Shown: piece after piece, positions 24,774-38,424 of the stretch
Layout: every line of letters starts with the position of its first letter
How positions within the stretch are numbered: the first letter of the stretch is position 1
Assembly (NCBI GenBank): GCA_964016885.1
Contig: OZ024742.1
Coordinates: 134,788,001 to 134,852,000 of the forward strand
Length of the DNA stretch: 64,000 bases
Direction of reading: 5' to 3'
Source: Eledone cirrhosa
Lineage: Eukaryota
Notes under the pieces: generated by a model
What the model saw: the letters and a program-made list of their open reading frames with translations, nothing else
The model's database searches: none
What the model was told of the DNA's origin: nothing
Translations under genes and position numbers: made by a program

Positions 24774-24932
24774 TAATTGTTTCTAATTTTGGCACAAGAC
24801 CAGCAAATACCCAGTACATTACTGGTACTTTATTTTATCGACCACGTAAGGATGAAAGGCAAATTTTACGTCGGCGGGATTTGAACTCAGTCCGTAAAGC
24901 GACGTAACTATACTGGAAAGAATGGCGTCCGA
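24774..24932 (-). mobile_element. SINE family 1
   Basis: Colinear with 23500-23660. Confidence 0.8.
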
Positions 24933-25432
24933 ATATTAATAGAAAAGGAGGCTAATGGGTAGTGATAAAAGAAATGAATATATTAACAATATCAAAAGTA
25001 TTAAAATATTTAATATTGTTAAAAAATATTAAGATAGTTTAAGGAAAATATGTCGTATTGCCATATAGCAATGAGTGCAGTTTTTACGTTACATGAAATA
25101 TTAAAATTAAATGTATAAATATGTGGGATCAACAGAGTGTACTATTGACAGTGCATTGAAAATTGTTGAAATATAGAGACCACTTATATAAACATAACAA
25201 TATATAGACACATTATTACACAGTTACATGAATGTAGATTACTTTGATTCAAGAAATAAAGTTGTAGAAAATCCTGTCAGTAAATACATGTGTGTGTGTG
25301 TGTGTGTGTGTGAGTGTGTGTGTGTGTATGAGTGTGTGTGGGTGTGTGTGTAAGAGCACATTGTGACCTCTTATATGATTAGGTATTTACGCAGACACAC
25401 AGAAACAAACACGCACCCACCCCCACACACAT

Positions 25433-25496
<64 letters not shown>

Positions 25497-25503
<7 letters not shown>

Positions 25504-26503
25504 TAAATCATGTCTTTAGAATCATCAGATAAAATATATACTATTTCTTCTTCTAATTAGCATAATTAACCATATAAAAAATCAATTAGATCAAGGTATA
25601 AGAAGAAAGGCTCTTATGGAGAAATCTCCGACAAATAACCGAACGTAGCCTCTTCGCGGTGGCCCCCATCGAGTATTTATCCAACATTTCGACAGCCTGT
25701 AGAAACTGACTAAATATATCATCAACCATACACAATTAGGTGTAAAATTAAACTTAGAAGAAATGCGTACATACCGTAATTATATCTCTACCATGGTTAC
25801 ATCCGTATTTTTAGATATCCAAATAATAGGAATGTCCTGAGTTAGGATTCATCAGGAGACAAACTCAAAATCAGACATCCAGTTTTTCAATCCGATCCCG
25901 CCAATAATAGATTCAAAAATGACTAAGAATCGCTATGTGGCTGTGGTCAAGCCAGAAAGAATGTGATTGGTTGCTTACGGCGTGTAGGCTTGCTGCTAGA
26001 AAGCGCAGCCAAACATCGCCAAATTTAATCTCAACCTATCGGGAGATTATTAAATACAAAGGTTAACATATACATAAAGTTATAGATATATATATGTTGC
26101 AACTGGTCAGTTTTAAGCTCTATGAAGAATTAATAAATTAAACAATCAGAGCAATATATCATAAATCATGTCTTTAGAATCATCAGATAAAATATATACT
26201 ATTTCTTCTTCTAATTAGCATAATTAACCATATAAAAAATCAATTAGATCAAGCTATAAGAAGAAAGGCTCTTATGGAGAAATCTCCGACAAATAACCGA
26301 ACGTAGCCTTTTCGCGGTGGCCCCAATCGAGTATTTATCCAACATTTCGACAGCATGTAGAAACTGACGAAATATATCATCAACCATACACAATTAGGTG
26401 TAAAATTAAACTTAGAAGAAATGCGTACATACCGTAATTATATCTCAACCATGGTTTCATCCGTATTTTTAGACATCCAAATAATGGGAATGTCCTGAGT
26501 TAG
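25497..26503 (-). mobile_element. Non-coding HHR-bearing tandem element (658 bp monomer, ~1.5 copies); retrozyme-like or non-autonomous PLE
   Basis: 25497-25845 is repeated at 26155-26503 (offset 658). No ORF; flanked by (TA)n; HHR on the minus strand. Confidence 0.8.
25784..25860 (-). ncRNA. Type I hammerhead with extended stem II (GAAA mutated to GTAA in this copy)
   Basis: gtctc-CTGATGA-atcc[40 nt insert with inner hairpin]ggat-G(T/A)A-ACCATGGT-A-gagat. The second copy (26442-26503) has an intact GAAA. Confidence 0.75.
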
Positions 26504-26519
26504 ATATATATATATATAT

Positions 26520-27530
26520 CCTTCATTCTCGCTGCCATGTACTGCGTCTCCAAGAGACCAGTGTCTGTCCTTAGGGAATCAATATATGTTAACCTCGATC
26601 TTTCCAGTGTGTCAATGCAGGGGCTCTCACAGGAGCACTGATTGCAGTGTCAACTCTGGATGTCGGTGAGCATTTCCAGCTAACTTCAGTCTCCTCTGTG
26701 TCACTTTTGAGCTGACATTTGGGAGGCTCCCGTACAGCCCTGAGTTCTTCATCTTCAGTGTATACTGATTAATGTTCAGAGCCATCCTCAGCATTCTCCT
26801 GGAGCACCCATCCACCGTCTGAGTGAGTGTCTTGTTCAGTGTCCAAGTCTCAGACCCGTACAGCAACACAGACTCCACTACAGCAAAGAAGAGGCGGATC
26901 TTTAGGTCTTTACGAAGGTCCGCCTTCCACACCAATCTCAAGTTGTGGCACGCCGCCCAGGCTTTTCTCTTCCTCTCGACAACATCATCTTCCGTATTGC
27001 CAATCTTTGCTCCCAAATACAGGAAGTCCTCAACCAATTCTAGCGGCTTCCCGTTTACATTAGTAATCTTCTCTGGCTTCTTAATATTATCTACCAGATA
27101 TTTTGTCTTAATCTCATTCATTCTCAGCCCCACACTCATCGACACTCTCTCCACCTCCTGCATCAAACCCTCTGCCTCCTTCACTGTGTTTGTCACCAAA
27201 ACTACGCCGTCGGCAAATTCAACATGCGATATCTTTTTCGCCTTAACTCTCCTGTTCTTAGCCGGTGTTACAGTAAAGTCAGAGTCCTGGTGTTTCTCTA
27301 GTGTTTCTCTCTTTCAGGGACTGGATATTGAGACAAGGCCTTTCACCAGAGAGGAGCTTCAGAGAGCCAAGAAGATCAAGGAGGGCAAGGCTCATGGAGA
27401 AGATGTAGTGGCATCAGAGGTGATGAAGAGGTGTGATTTTGATATCATCCTGGAGTTGTATAACCAGGCACTGGAGAAAGGAGTTGCCACGAATCGGTGG
27501 AGGATCAGTAACATCGTCCCAGTGCATATA
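26520..27530 (-). pseudogene. RTE-like LINE 3' fragment with a 5' inversion
   Basis: Minus strand EFADG..GLRMN..KTK..FLYLGA..ESVLLYGSETW..RMLR..RRLKLAG. The upstream RT piece (PFTREEL..KEGKAHGED..WRISNIVPV) lies on the plus strand at 27315-27530. Confidence 0.85.
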
Positions 27531-27556
27531 TCGTCACTTGTGGCATATATATATAC

Positions 27557-27802
<246 letters not shown>

Positions 27803-27924
27803 ATATATATATCGATCATGGTTTTGGAACTAACTCTGTAACGAACTCGTTCTTTAAACTGAGTGATTAATATGTATTAAACCTTCTGGTTTTTACCACT
27901 ACTTAAATACACCCTTCAGTTACA

Positions 27925-28229
27925 AATGCCCAAATGATTTGCACCCAGAAAGCTTCCCTCCCAGGCAACATTGTATGTGAAAGACCAGCAATCACCCATG
28001 AATACCAGTCTCCTCTCTCCACTCCACCGATGTTGTCCAAGGAAAAGGCAAATGCCGATACAACTCGGCAACATTGACGTCACAACTCATTTATGCAGCT
28101 GACGAAACAAGAGCAACGTGGAATAAAGTGTCTTACTCAATGACTCAATGCATCGCGCTTTGCGAGGATCGAACTCACAACCTCCAGATGTCAAGCCCAA
28201 CAGTCTAACCACTAAACCATGCGCCTTCA
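27925..28229 (-). mobile_element. tRNA-derived SINE family 2
   Basis: Minus strand GGCGCATGGTTTAGTGGTTAGA (A-box), GTGAGTTCGATCC (B-box), then TTGAGTAAGACACTT..TGCTC..AAATGAGTTG; homolog at 45295-45600. Confidence 0.8.
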
Positions 28230-30094
28230 ATATATATATATAAATATATATTAGGCGCAGAACTGAGATAGAAAGTTTACATAATAAGGCTGTGTATTAG
28301 CAAAAACGTTCCGTTTATCTATAATAAACCAGTGTCAGGCTCTAAATATTTAAAGCTGTTATTATTTCTCAGATATTTCATTATATGTGAGTATGAGACA
28401 CATGTTTTCTGAAAAGTGATCTGTCTTCGTTGATTCAAGCTCACTCATTACAAGAATAATATTATAGCATATTTTCTGTTTGCGTAGGAAACATTAGCTA
28501 GAGATTCTCATTTATTTATAGTGGAAGTAAAACAATGATTGGAGATGCGGGACAAACCGATCTCGTGTAGGTTATCCAACCATATTATTTGTCGTTCATC
28601 ATAGGATTTCCAACTGTCTGGTTTTGCCTTTAAAATCTGTGCAGCGATTCTATACTTAGAGACTCTAATCACATAATCGTAGTTTCGGAGCTGTGATTTC
28701 TCCATTAAAAGTAGCGGCTCTTTGAACAAAACATTACTCACGGCAATAAGTGAAATAACTTGAATGAGAGATTGATATATTGTGGTTGTTCCTGATCTGA
28801 AGAAAGACATCTAAAAATGTTTTATGCATTCATTTTGTAGTATATAGTCCAAACATTCATTATTTTGTCTAATTAATGCTATATATAAAATCGAACACTG
28901 AATGATTAGGTAATCGGCAGCTGCCAGTGCCAGTATAATAATGAGCAGTGTATTCGAAATAATCTACGTATACATTTTCGTTGATTCTCACATTGTATAT
29001 ATTTGGTTAAATTTGTTGAGTTATATGAGACTGCCACAACATTTTAGAAAATTATAACGAGGTTGGTCTCTGACAAGAATTGGAAACAATAAAGCATAAT
29101 GCTTTGTTTTTTTGACAGGCATTTTCAAGAATTTAATAAAATTAATGTGTAGCTTCAAGTAGCCTATACAACACTTATGAGTTGCAATTCGAAAAATTTG
29201 ATCTTTTCCGTCACAATATTCTGAAGAAGAAATTTTCTCAGTTTGCGAAATTGTCACCAATTAAAGTTGATAATACAGCATGGAAGATTGAAAGGTTCAG
29301 AAGTCACATGAAACAAATTATATGAGATATGGAAAAACGATATATCGACATTTTGAACTTGAATGTAAAAGACGGTTTCTGAATAGATTTAAATGCAAAT
29401 TCTGACGAAGCTGATACTACAAACCTTTTCGAAATTAAATACAACGAAGAAAGAATATCAAATATGAGGTGGAGGCTATTAAAACTTATCGTAGGGGACA
29501 TAATGCCTGCTTTATATGTATGTTGTAGACCGTATCCAATGTAAAGGTATCGTTTCCTGTTTCATATCTTGTAGAATCAGGTTGTATGCTCTGAATCATG
29601 TTGTCACTAAATAGGGAAATTCTCTGAAAATCGCTGAAAGAGATTGCCATATTTACTTTACAAACGCCGAGCCATATATATATATATACACGCATTATAT
29701 ATTGAATTTCATTAAATTAAATGCTTATCTCAATTTATCTACGTTATAACTTGAAATAATATTAATGCTTAATATTTTATCTATAATTTTGTTTTCAATT
29801 GAATTATATGTGAGAACTTCGGCAACTTTAAACTCACAGAATTTACACAGAGCAATATTTAAAACATATTGAACACCGGCATAAATTAAAATGAAAACCA
29901 ACACTAAAGGAAACCTAGTAGTAGAGATACAGGTAAATAACCATGGCATGTATATATAAAACACATCTACAGATGTGTTTTATATAACACATAAACGTAG
30001 TCATTCTTTGGCATATATATACATGTATATATATATATATATATAATATCATATTATATTATATTACACCTACATATATGTATATATATATATA

Positions 30095-30184
<90 letters not shown>

Positions 30185-30967
30185 CATATATGTATATTTT
30201 TCTCCACGCAGAGATGTCCAGCTGGAAGACGATATCTCATGTTATCGGATGCCCTTTATCATCATCCATCAATGTAGACATACATTCAATGCTCAACATA
30301 AAATATATTAGCGAGTATTGGCTAATCTAATGTTTTTCAAGCGTTAGGCTGAGAAATATTATTGAAGACAAGGAAAGAGATAGCCAAGCACTTGAAAACA
30401 AAGTAGCACGGAAGCTAAGGGGACGCACAATGAACAAAGAATAGATTATTATTTACAAGGGTGAGGTGGGTAATAGAATGAGATGAAATCTGAGCAATAC
30501 GGTGAAGGGAGTTGTTATATCAAATAAAGATCAGATAAGGATAGAGACATCTAGAGTTAGGCTGCATCATAATGAAAGAAAGGATAACTAAGACATTGAC
30601 AAAGAAGAAGAAAATAGGATAACGGAAAATATAAAATGTCAGCATGCTTATATTCTGATGATGGCGATGTCGAATAGCGGTATTGAATCAAAAGATGTTG
30701 GTGCCCCTGGTGATGTTCATAATAATGATGATGATGATGATGTTGATGATGAAAATACTGCTGTTGTATTTGAACCCGTTTTAGTTTCGTAGAACTATAT
30801 TATCAAATAGGTTGATGATGAAAATACGAACACTTGTACACAATGATTTTCTGGGGATTCGAAACAGCATAATAATATTCCCAGGTCTTTTAAACTGGGT
30901 TGTATAGCATTGATAAAACAGGATGCAAAATCAGAGGACATTATAGCTAATATAATGTCCTCTATCG

Positions 30968-31137
30968 TTAGAGAGTCGGACGCCATGCTTTGACGCATAG
31001 ATTTACGGCCCTTGCCATTCTGAGTTCAAATCCCGCCGAGGTTAACTTTGCCTTTCATCCTTACGGGGTCGATAAAATAAAGTACCAGTAATGCACTGAG
31101 TAATTGCTGGCCTTGTGCCTAAATTAGAAGCAATTAT
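30968..31137 (+). mobile_element. SINE family 1
   Basis: Well-preserved B-box, core and tail TGGCCTTGTGCC. Confidence 0.85.
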
Positions 31138-31399
31138 AGCTAATATAAGACATATAACTCTCATAAAAGCAAAGTTTAAGATACTAAGGATGGTTCTCAC
31201 GATATGTTGATTCTTATAATAGGTAATACTGTCAGACACATACTGAACTGTGTTATATCCGGCAGATCAAGTCAAGAAAATATGTCCTTCGTACAATGCA
31301 TTGTTGAGAAAGTGATTTGACACTGTATAGCCAAATGGCCATCATGTTGATCTTACAATTATTTGCTTGGACATTTCTAAGTAACTGATATCGACAGTA

Positions 31400-31760
31400 G
31401 TTAATTTCCGAAAAACCTTCGCCTGGCAGTGCTACAATGAAACATGGGCAGATCAAGCTCATCGAGATAATCTCTACAGGCAGGGAATTGTCCTAGATGC
31501 TGGTCCTATATGCCTGTGCTAGATATGAAGAGGGCGATGAAATCGTCATGTATGCGCTCGTTCAATATCAGAGCATTGCTGAATTATGAACAGATGCTGC
31601 AAGGTATAGGACAAATCCAGCAATCAACTGAGGCCATCGTCGCCCCGCATTCCTCTAGCAAGGAAGCGCACCGTTATTATGTATGGTCTGTGATCATGAC
31701 GAAATAGGTCACGTTATTGAAAGCGGAATAGGAATGGTTTACTGAAAGAAAAAATCTTCC
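31400..31760 (+). pseudogene. Old fragment of the Tx1/L1 ORF2 3' region
   Basis: AAAACCTTCGCCTGGCAGTGCTAC..GATAATCTCTACAGGCA..GATGAAATCGTC..GCGCTCGTTCA..GCATTGCTGA aligns to 18940-19270. Confidence 0.7.
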
Positions 31761-32696
31761 TCACATGCAGGTGGTGGTATTGGCTATAATATCAATCCCG
31801 GAACTGGAATGGTACATTATTTCTCACAGAAAGAATAACGGCGATATTAAATTTTGTGAAATTTGAAATCAGAAGGAAAACCATCGTAACTAGTTGTATG
31901 AAAGCATCTGATTTGACGTTCTAATAATTCTACTAATCCACCACATTTACATTTCTAAGTGACTGAGCGGTTATCTATTTAGTAAGCTTAACATTCTGAG
32001 CATTTGTCGAACCGAGGTCAAATTTCATTTTCCGCGTTGCGTGGATGATAAATCTATGTACCAGTTAGGTCTTGACGTCGCCGTACCATTCGTTGCTGGT
32101 TTTGTGTCAAAATCAGAAAGCATTATTAATACTATAGTTATTAATAGTATAATTGTTGTATATTTGTAACTATGACAACCAATCATAAGGGATTTTCTTT
32201 AATGTAACTAGGATTTTGCACTTGAAGAGACAAAGAAATTTTCAAACATTTAAAAATTTTACTGTGAAGGAATAGAATGAGAGAGCGAACAAGAGTGAAA
32301 GAAAAGGAGACTATATCAGGTCATCTGGAAACAATAGAAGTCCGACAGTAAAAACAATAAAAACTACACCACCAGGAAAAAAAATGTATGATAAAAGAGT
32401 AAAAAATAAAGTTAAATTAAAATAAAATATTGAATTAAATGGACATCTAAGAATTTTAAAAAAATGAAACGTAAAAAAATAAATACACCAAGGCAAGACA
32501 GAAAAGAAATGAATTTTAATTTTTTTTAAATCTTTTGGTTTACTTTTTTTATTCTAATATTAAAGAATGTAAAAACTACAGGAATATAAAACAAAAGGTA
32601 ATCGAAATAAAAGGAAATAGATGGATGAAGTGGAATTTAGAGGAAAGAATTAAAATACACACGCACACTCACACACATATATACATATATATACAT

Positions 32697-32838
<142 letters not shown>

Positions 32839-33454
32839 TTACACACACATATATATATATATATTTACACACACATATATATATATATACATATACAATG
32901 CGTATGTATATGTGTGTGCTTGCTTGCGTGCTTGTAATAAATATACGTTCTTATCCTTGGCGAGCAAGAAATGAATATGAATTTAATACCAACACCTCTC
33001 AAAAATGAAATAAATGAATAAAAATTCAGAGTGCACATGAAGTATTTTTTTTCTTTATCATTTTAAATAGCGTCCTATAAAAATATGCAGGATGGGGATG
33101 GAACAAGAAAAAGCAAACACGAAATATATCACGGAAGAATAAAATATATATAACAATGGGCTAACATCAATAACAGCAAAATGAATAGCAAGTGTTAATA
33201 TAGAACGATTATAAGACGTAAGAAGAATGATGACAGCAACATGAACGAGAAAGGACTAAACAAAAAGGACATACAAGAAAGGAACAACAGCAACGAGTAT
33301 AACGACAGTAATGTAAACAAAAACAGAAAAATAACAACAATAGCAACTAATAATATCATTGTAATTTGGCAAAAAGAACGACGATAGCAATATGACCGAT
33401 ATAATATTCGTCAGCATCGTCTACAACCTGATTCTTGTGTTTATTTTTAACCTT

Positions 33455-33720
33455 ATCATAATCACCAACCTCTTCCTCTCCTCCTCCTCCACATCATCAT
33501 CATAATTATCATCTTTATCATCATCATCATCATCATCATCACCGTCGTCACCATCATCATCATCGTCATCATCTTCATTATCATCATCACCATCCTCCTC
33601 ATCATCATCATCATTCTCATCATCATCATCATCATTTCTCATCATCCTCATCCTCCTCATCATCATCAGTATAGTCGTCTTCGACTTCTACATCATCATC
33701 AGCAGCATCAACCTCATCAA
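33455..33720. repeat. (ATC)n/(CTC)n trinucleotide tract
   Basis: Read directly from the sequence. Confidence 0.9.
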
Positions 33721-35122
33721 CTTTAACAACTATAACAATGAAAATTGATCAAGAAATGAAATAATATGATGAGTAGAATGATCAGAAATAACTGCTCAAA
33801 GATGAAAGGGGATGAGACACAATGTGGTTAAAATTTGAGATATAGACAATAACTCCTAATCCGAGTAAAACTAATAATACTACGGGTTATGCTGCTGCTA
33901 ATATTGCAAATAATTATTTCTAACAACAGCAATATTGTAAACAAAAGCCTTGAAATCACAGTCATCAGAAGCGCCACCATAAATCCTATAATACCAAACT
34001 TAGTGATATCAGTCGTGTGTCCCCCCCCCCCCCCCCCCAACGTCATTGACACTAAAAGACATCACCAGAAACGCCACAAACAACAGCAATAATAATAACA
34101 ATGCCAATTCTTAAAATAACAGGATTACTAACAACAACACATTCATCTGAGCACTAAGGCCAACAATACAGTTGAACAGAAACTTCACAGTCAACAACAG
34201 GAATAGTGCCCCCCTCCCACACACACACACACCAACACATGTTTGGCATCAAGAATTATAACAAAAACAACATCAACGCGCATCATCAACAAAGGCGTAA
34301 CTAATATCACAACTAACAATTACAATTTCATCAACAATACAACCAATACTACCATTCAAATCTACCACGATTAACATGAACACCAACGCCAAAGGAAAAC
34401 AGCATAACACCCAATACTGCTTCTACCCAGCACCACCCCATCCTAAACAAAGACAAACCTACAACTTCCTAAAATACAAACTTCAAAATCTAACAGCGTG
34501 AGTTCCATGATCATATTAAAATAAACCCTAGAATAACAAGAACGAAATAAACAGGAATGAGGTCAAGAAAATGAGACAATTTCATCAAGAAAATCATTGA
34601 AGCTTGAAATAAATAAAGAAGAGAAATGGATATTTATTTAGTTTTATTAAAGAGGGATTTTTTCTAAAACGCATTTTTTTAAGTATGGAAATTGAAGTGA
34701 AAAAACAAATTCAGTAAAAAAGAAACTTAAAAACTTATTCAAAATTTGAGTAAGAATGATACATGAGCTTTTGTTGGGGAATTTCTTAATTGGTTCTAAG
34801 TATGTATATTTTTTATATTTTCATATTTATTCTTTTTATGTGTGGGAGTGTGTATAGTGGAAATAAGAGGGTAATATTACTTTAAGGGGTGAGAGTATAA
34901 TAAAAGTAATCAGAACGACGTGTATAAGCGCAAGAGGTATTGTGTGAATGAACGCCATGTCTCTTCAATTCGTATATTTAAAATATGCGTGCTGCACCCA
35001 TACTTTTGAAATCTCAAATTTTCCCAACGCTTCCTATGTCAAACAAATTGTTTACATGCCAACCCACATGAGCACGAACAAACACACTCAGACGCGCGCC
35101 AACCCCCGCCACACATATACAT

Positions 35123-35162
<40 letters not shown>

Positions 35163-35174
35163 ATCCACCTAATA

Positions 35175-35465
35175 GAATATTAGTCTACGACTTCTTTTAT
35201 ACCTTAGACGTGATTTTGTCTTTGCGTGTAATTGTTTTTCACCGCTCAAAATAATGACGTATTATATTCGTTGTTCCCCGTTCTTTGCCAAGGAACGTTT
35301 CCACGAACCAAATTATCGTCTCCCTATCTTCCTCCGGTTACAACATTTTTTGAAATATTCACTTCTGCGTTCGCAGATTGACTTTGTTAGTTTCAGAAAA
35401 TCCCGTTAAGGGTGAAAGCAGCGATACTTTGCTTAAACATTAATCTGTTATTTTAATAAATAAAT
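35175..35465 (+). mobile_element. Family A PLE-type terminal element (variant HHR at 35389-35439)
   Basis: Colinear with 4495-4785. Confidence 0.75.
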
Positions 35466-35789
35466 ATAAATATATATGTATATATATATATATTTATATA
35501 TATATAAGGTTCAATCGGGGATTCCTACAGTAAGTAGAGCACTCGAAACATAGCAGAGTATTAGTATTTAATATATAAATGGTTTCTACAGGACTAGAAC
35601 TGTTTCATTTGAGAGAAATCATCAGCATGCAGTGCAGGACATGAAGAGTTAATAAGAAGGACAGAAACAAACAAGAAATAAGAATTAAAAACGAAACCAT
35701 CAGACATTTTAATGACTTTAGCAGCTTTGACTAATTTGAGTGCTGCTGAAAATAATAAATTGCAACTATAGTTGTGGGACCTTTTGAAT

Positions 35790-36425
35790 AGTGGATACAA
35801 GGAAAAGTCAGTCAATGATATTGGTGGCTTCCCCACAGCAACGGCGGACAGAATGGAGAAGGTTTTTTCCCGGGAGGACGGCAAGGGAGACCCGCTGGAA
35901 AAGCCATTCCAGCTCGCGCGGCTCACACCTGCAGCTGGCCAGCTCAGAGCCAATGGTGGTGAGTTTGGAGGTAGTCCTAGGGCCGAGGACACCAGAAGTA
36001 TCTACTGCCAAGGGTACAACCATAAACCTGTCGGAGAGCGACCAGTATTTGAAGAGTTTGGCCTCCTCAGCCCGACGTGCAGCAGAACCTGGGTTAGTCG
36101 CAGACTGCACCAGGTTGCGGCTGGAGAAAGTGTCGGTGCAAGTAGCATCCCAGACGAGGGGTTTGCCACTGCGGAACGGGAAGATGATCATGCCATCTGG
36201 TCTTTCGCCGTGGACTCTTTCTGCTTTCACTCGATTTCCTGTAGCCACAGTGCCGGCCGCCTTCCACGGATTGCTGCACTCAACGAAGTCATAAAGCATG
36301 ACTTGAACGCTGCAGGTATCCTTTCGCAGCTCGAGCCTGTGGGGCTGCACCGAGGGACGGCAAAAGGCTCGATGGCATGACCATCTTCTCGTTCCGCGGT
36401 GGCAAACCCCTCGTCTCGAACGTAA
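35790..36425 (-). pseudogene. CRE-type non-LTR fragment (restriction-like endonuclease) with an internal inversion
   Basis: Minus strand RPDG..FPF..GKPLVWDAT..DT..AA..AE..K..KY..L..VPLAVDT.GVLG..LFQRVSLAV. The upstream zinc-knuckle part (HSISC..GR..LNEVIK..L..AG...LEP.GL.R) lies on the plus strand at 36227-36425. Confidence 0.8.
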
Positions 36426-36606
36426 CCATCATATAGATGGCACATCACATATGATGATATATATGTGGCTGAGGTTGGCAGAGCCTCTCAAGTGTAAAAA
36501 ATATATCCATTACCTCCAGATGCTACAAACATTGAGCGACATCACTATGATGATTTCTCCCGAATGAAACAGTTTTAGTCCTGTCGTAGCCATTTCTATA
36601 TATACA

Positions 36607-36721
<115 letters not shown>

Positions 36722-36747
36722 TGTATGTATGTATGTATGTATGTATG

Positions 36748-37295
36748 TCAGGTCACCAGTTGGTGCTACTGGTAACCTGTATCCCAGTACAACCTGTCTC
36801 ATGGTCGGGTCGTTGGCGATTAAACTGGCAACCCCACCAAGGTTTCTTGGTGAGGAGGGTGACTTTGGACATCCTGCAGGACTAAAAACAAAACCTGTCA
36901 AAGGAGCTCTTAAGAGCCAATGGCCATCCAAAATCACCTGGAGTGATGACCCCTTAGCCTTTGTCAGGGCAGAATTCTAGGAGAAGGAAAACTCTGATAT
37001 AACACCTGCAACCCTGATGGTATCCAATGATGTTGACTTGTTCTTCTTTTTGGTAAATATCATCTTGGTTGAGAGTGGGACTGGCTTTGTGCAGTGCCTT
37101 TGCTCACTATAAAAGCTTCACGGCACAGGCATTGCTTTATATCTGGAGATCGCTCTGCATTTGTTGTCACATGGTACTATGGGCCCAGCACTGTGTCAAT
37201 AATTGTCACAAGTGTAGTGTTTGTACCAGAGTGCATCGGTAGGGGTTCTCTTACATGGATATAAAGTAGTGGCCGTACTCGAAAACGAGTTGGCA
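36748..37295 (+). repeat. Dispersed non-coding repeat inserted in (ATGT)n, with a partial duplicate at 37335-37580
   Basis: Homologous to 2670-2830; the 3' half repeats at 37335-37580; flanked by ATGT tracts. Confidence 0.6.
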
Positions 37296-37615
37296 GCCAC
37301 CATGTATGTATGTATGTATGTATGTATGTGTGTATGTGTGTGTGTGTTTGTAACTCCGATATAAAACCTGCGGCTCAGTAGTTACCGATGATGTTGATAT
37401 TTTCTTCTTTTCGGGTTATAGCTACTGTCGCTCAGAGAGTGGGATTGGTTCAGTGCACAGTCTTTCCTCACTTTAAAAAATATCTTCATGCACAGGCATT
37501 GCATGATATAATTAATTAATAATTATTAATAATGGTATATCATGCAATGGCCATACTAGATAACGAGGGGGCAGCCATCATCATGTATGTATATATGTAT
37601 GTATGCATGTATGTA

Positions 37616-37677
<62 letters not shown>

Positions 37678-37846
37678 GTATAAACGAAAGATGCATACTT
37701 TATATCATCTATATTTCCTTATATATATTTCGAAGATTCAAAGTTGTATGTATAACATAAAGCAAAGCATGTACTCCTCCCACAAAATATATAGAAATGT
37801 AAATTTTTTTCATGATATGCTGGTGGACAAATGATCTGGATAGATT

Positions 37847-37961
37847 AATTGTTTCTACTTTTGGCACAAGGCCAGTAATTACCCAGTGCATTACTGGTAC
37901 TTTATTTTATCGACCCCGTAAGGATGAAAGGCAAAGTTAACCTCGGCGGGATTTGAACTCA
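37847..37961 (-). mobile_element. SINE family 1, 5'-truncated, with a target-site duplication
   Basis: TGATCTGGATAGATTAAT flanks both sides (~37832 and ~37964). Confidence 0.85.
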
Positions 37962-38158
37962 TTTGATCTGGATAGATTAATGATCACCAAGCTTATTACT
38001 AGAAAAACCTCACCACGTAAGGGGGGTTACGGGAAGAATATTACAGTTGGTTTAAACGTTTTGTAAAATATTTAAAATATAGCTTAATAAGATTGGTAAA
38101 AAAAAGGGCAAAACAACAATTGACCGTTATTCAGGCTTAATTTCGCCTATAACTTTAT

Positions 38159-38314
<156 letters not shown>

Positions 38315-38424
38315 CACATCTAAGTCGAACTAGTATTGCACCACACACACACATCAATAGGCATACTAACAGGTGCAAACCAGCAAATAGAGTCAGACGT
38401 AGAGAGTACATATGGTATAACCCC

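Noticed and set aside
25497-26503. LTR retrotransposon or TRIM interpretation of the direct repeats
   Set aside because: No TG...CA termini, PBS or PPT seen; the HHR and TA flanks fit a PLE/retrozyme better.
28150-28229. tRNA gene
   Set aside because: A and B boxes are present but there is no full cloverleaf, and the sequence continues into a SINE body.
28400-29700. Coding-like composition, possibly a transposase or host exon
   Set aside because: Stops in all frames and no motif that I could recognise.
33421-33666. Acidic poly-Asp ORF
   Set aside because: Translation of the (ATC)n tract.
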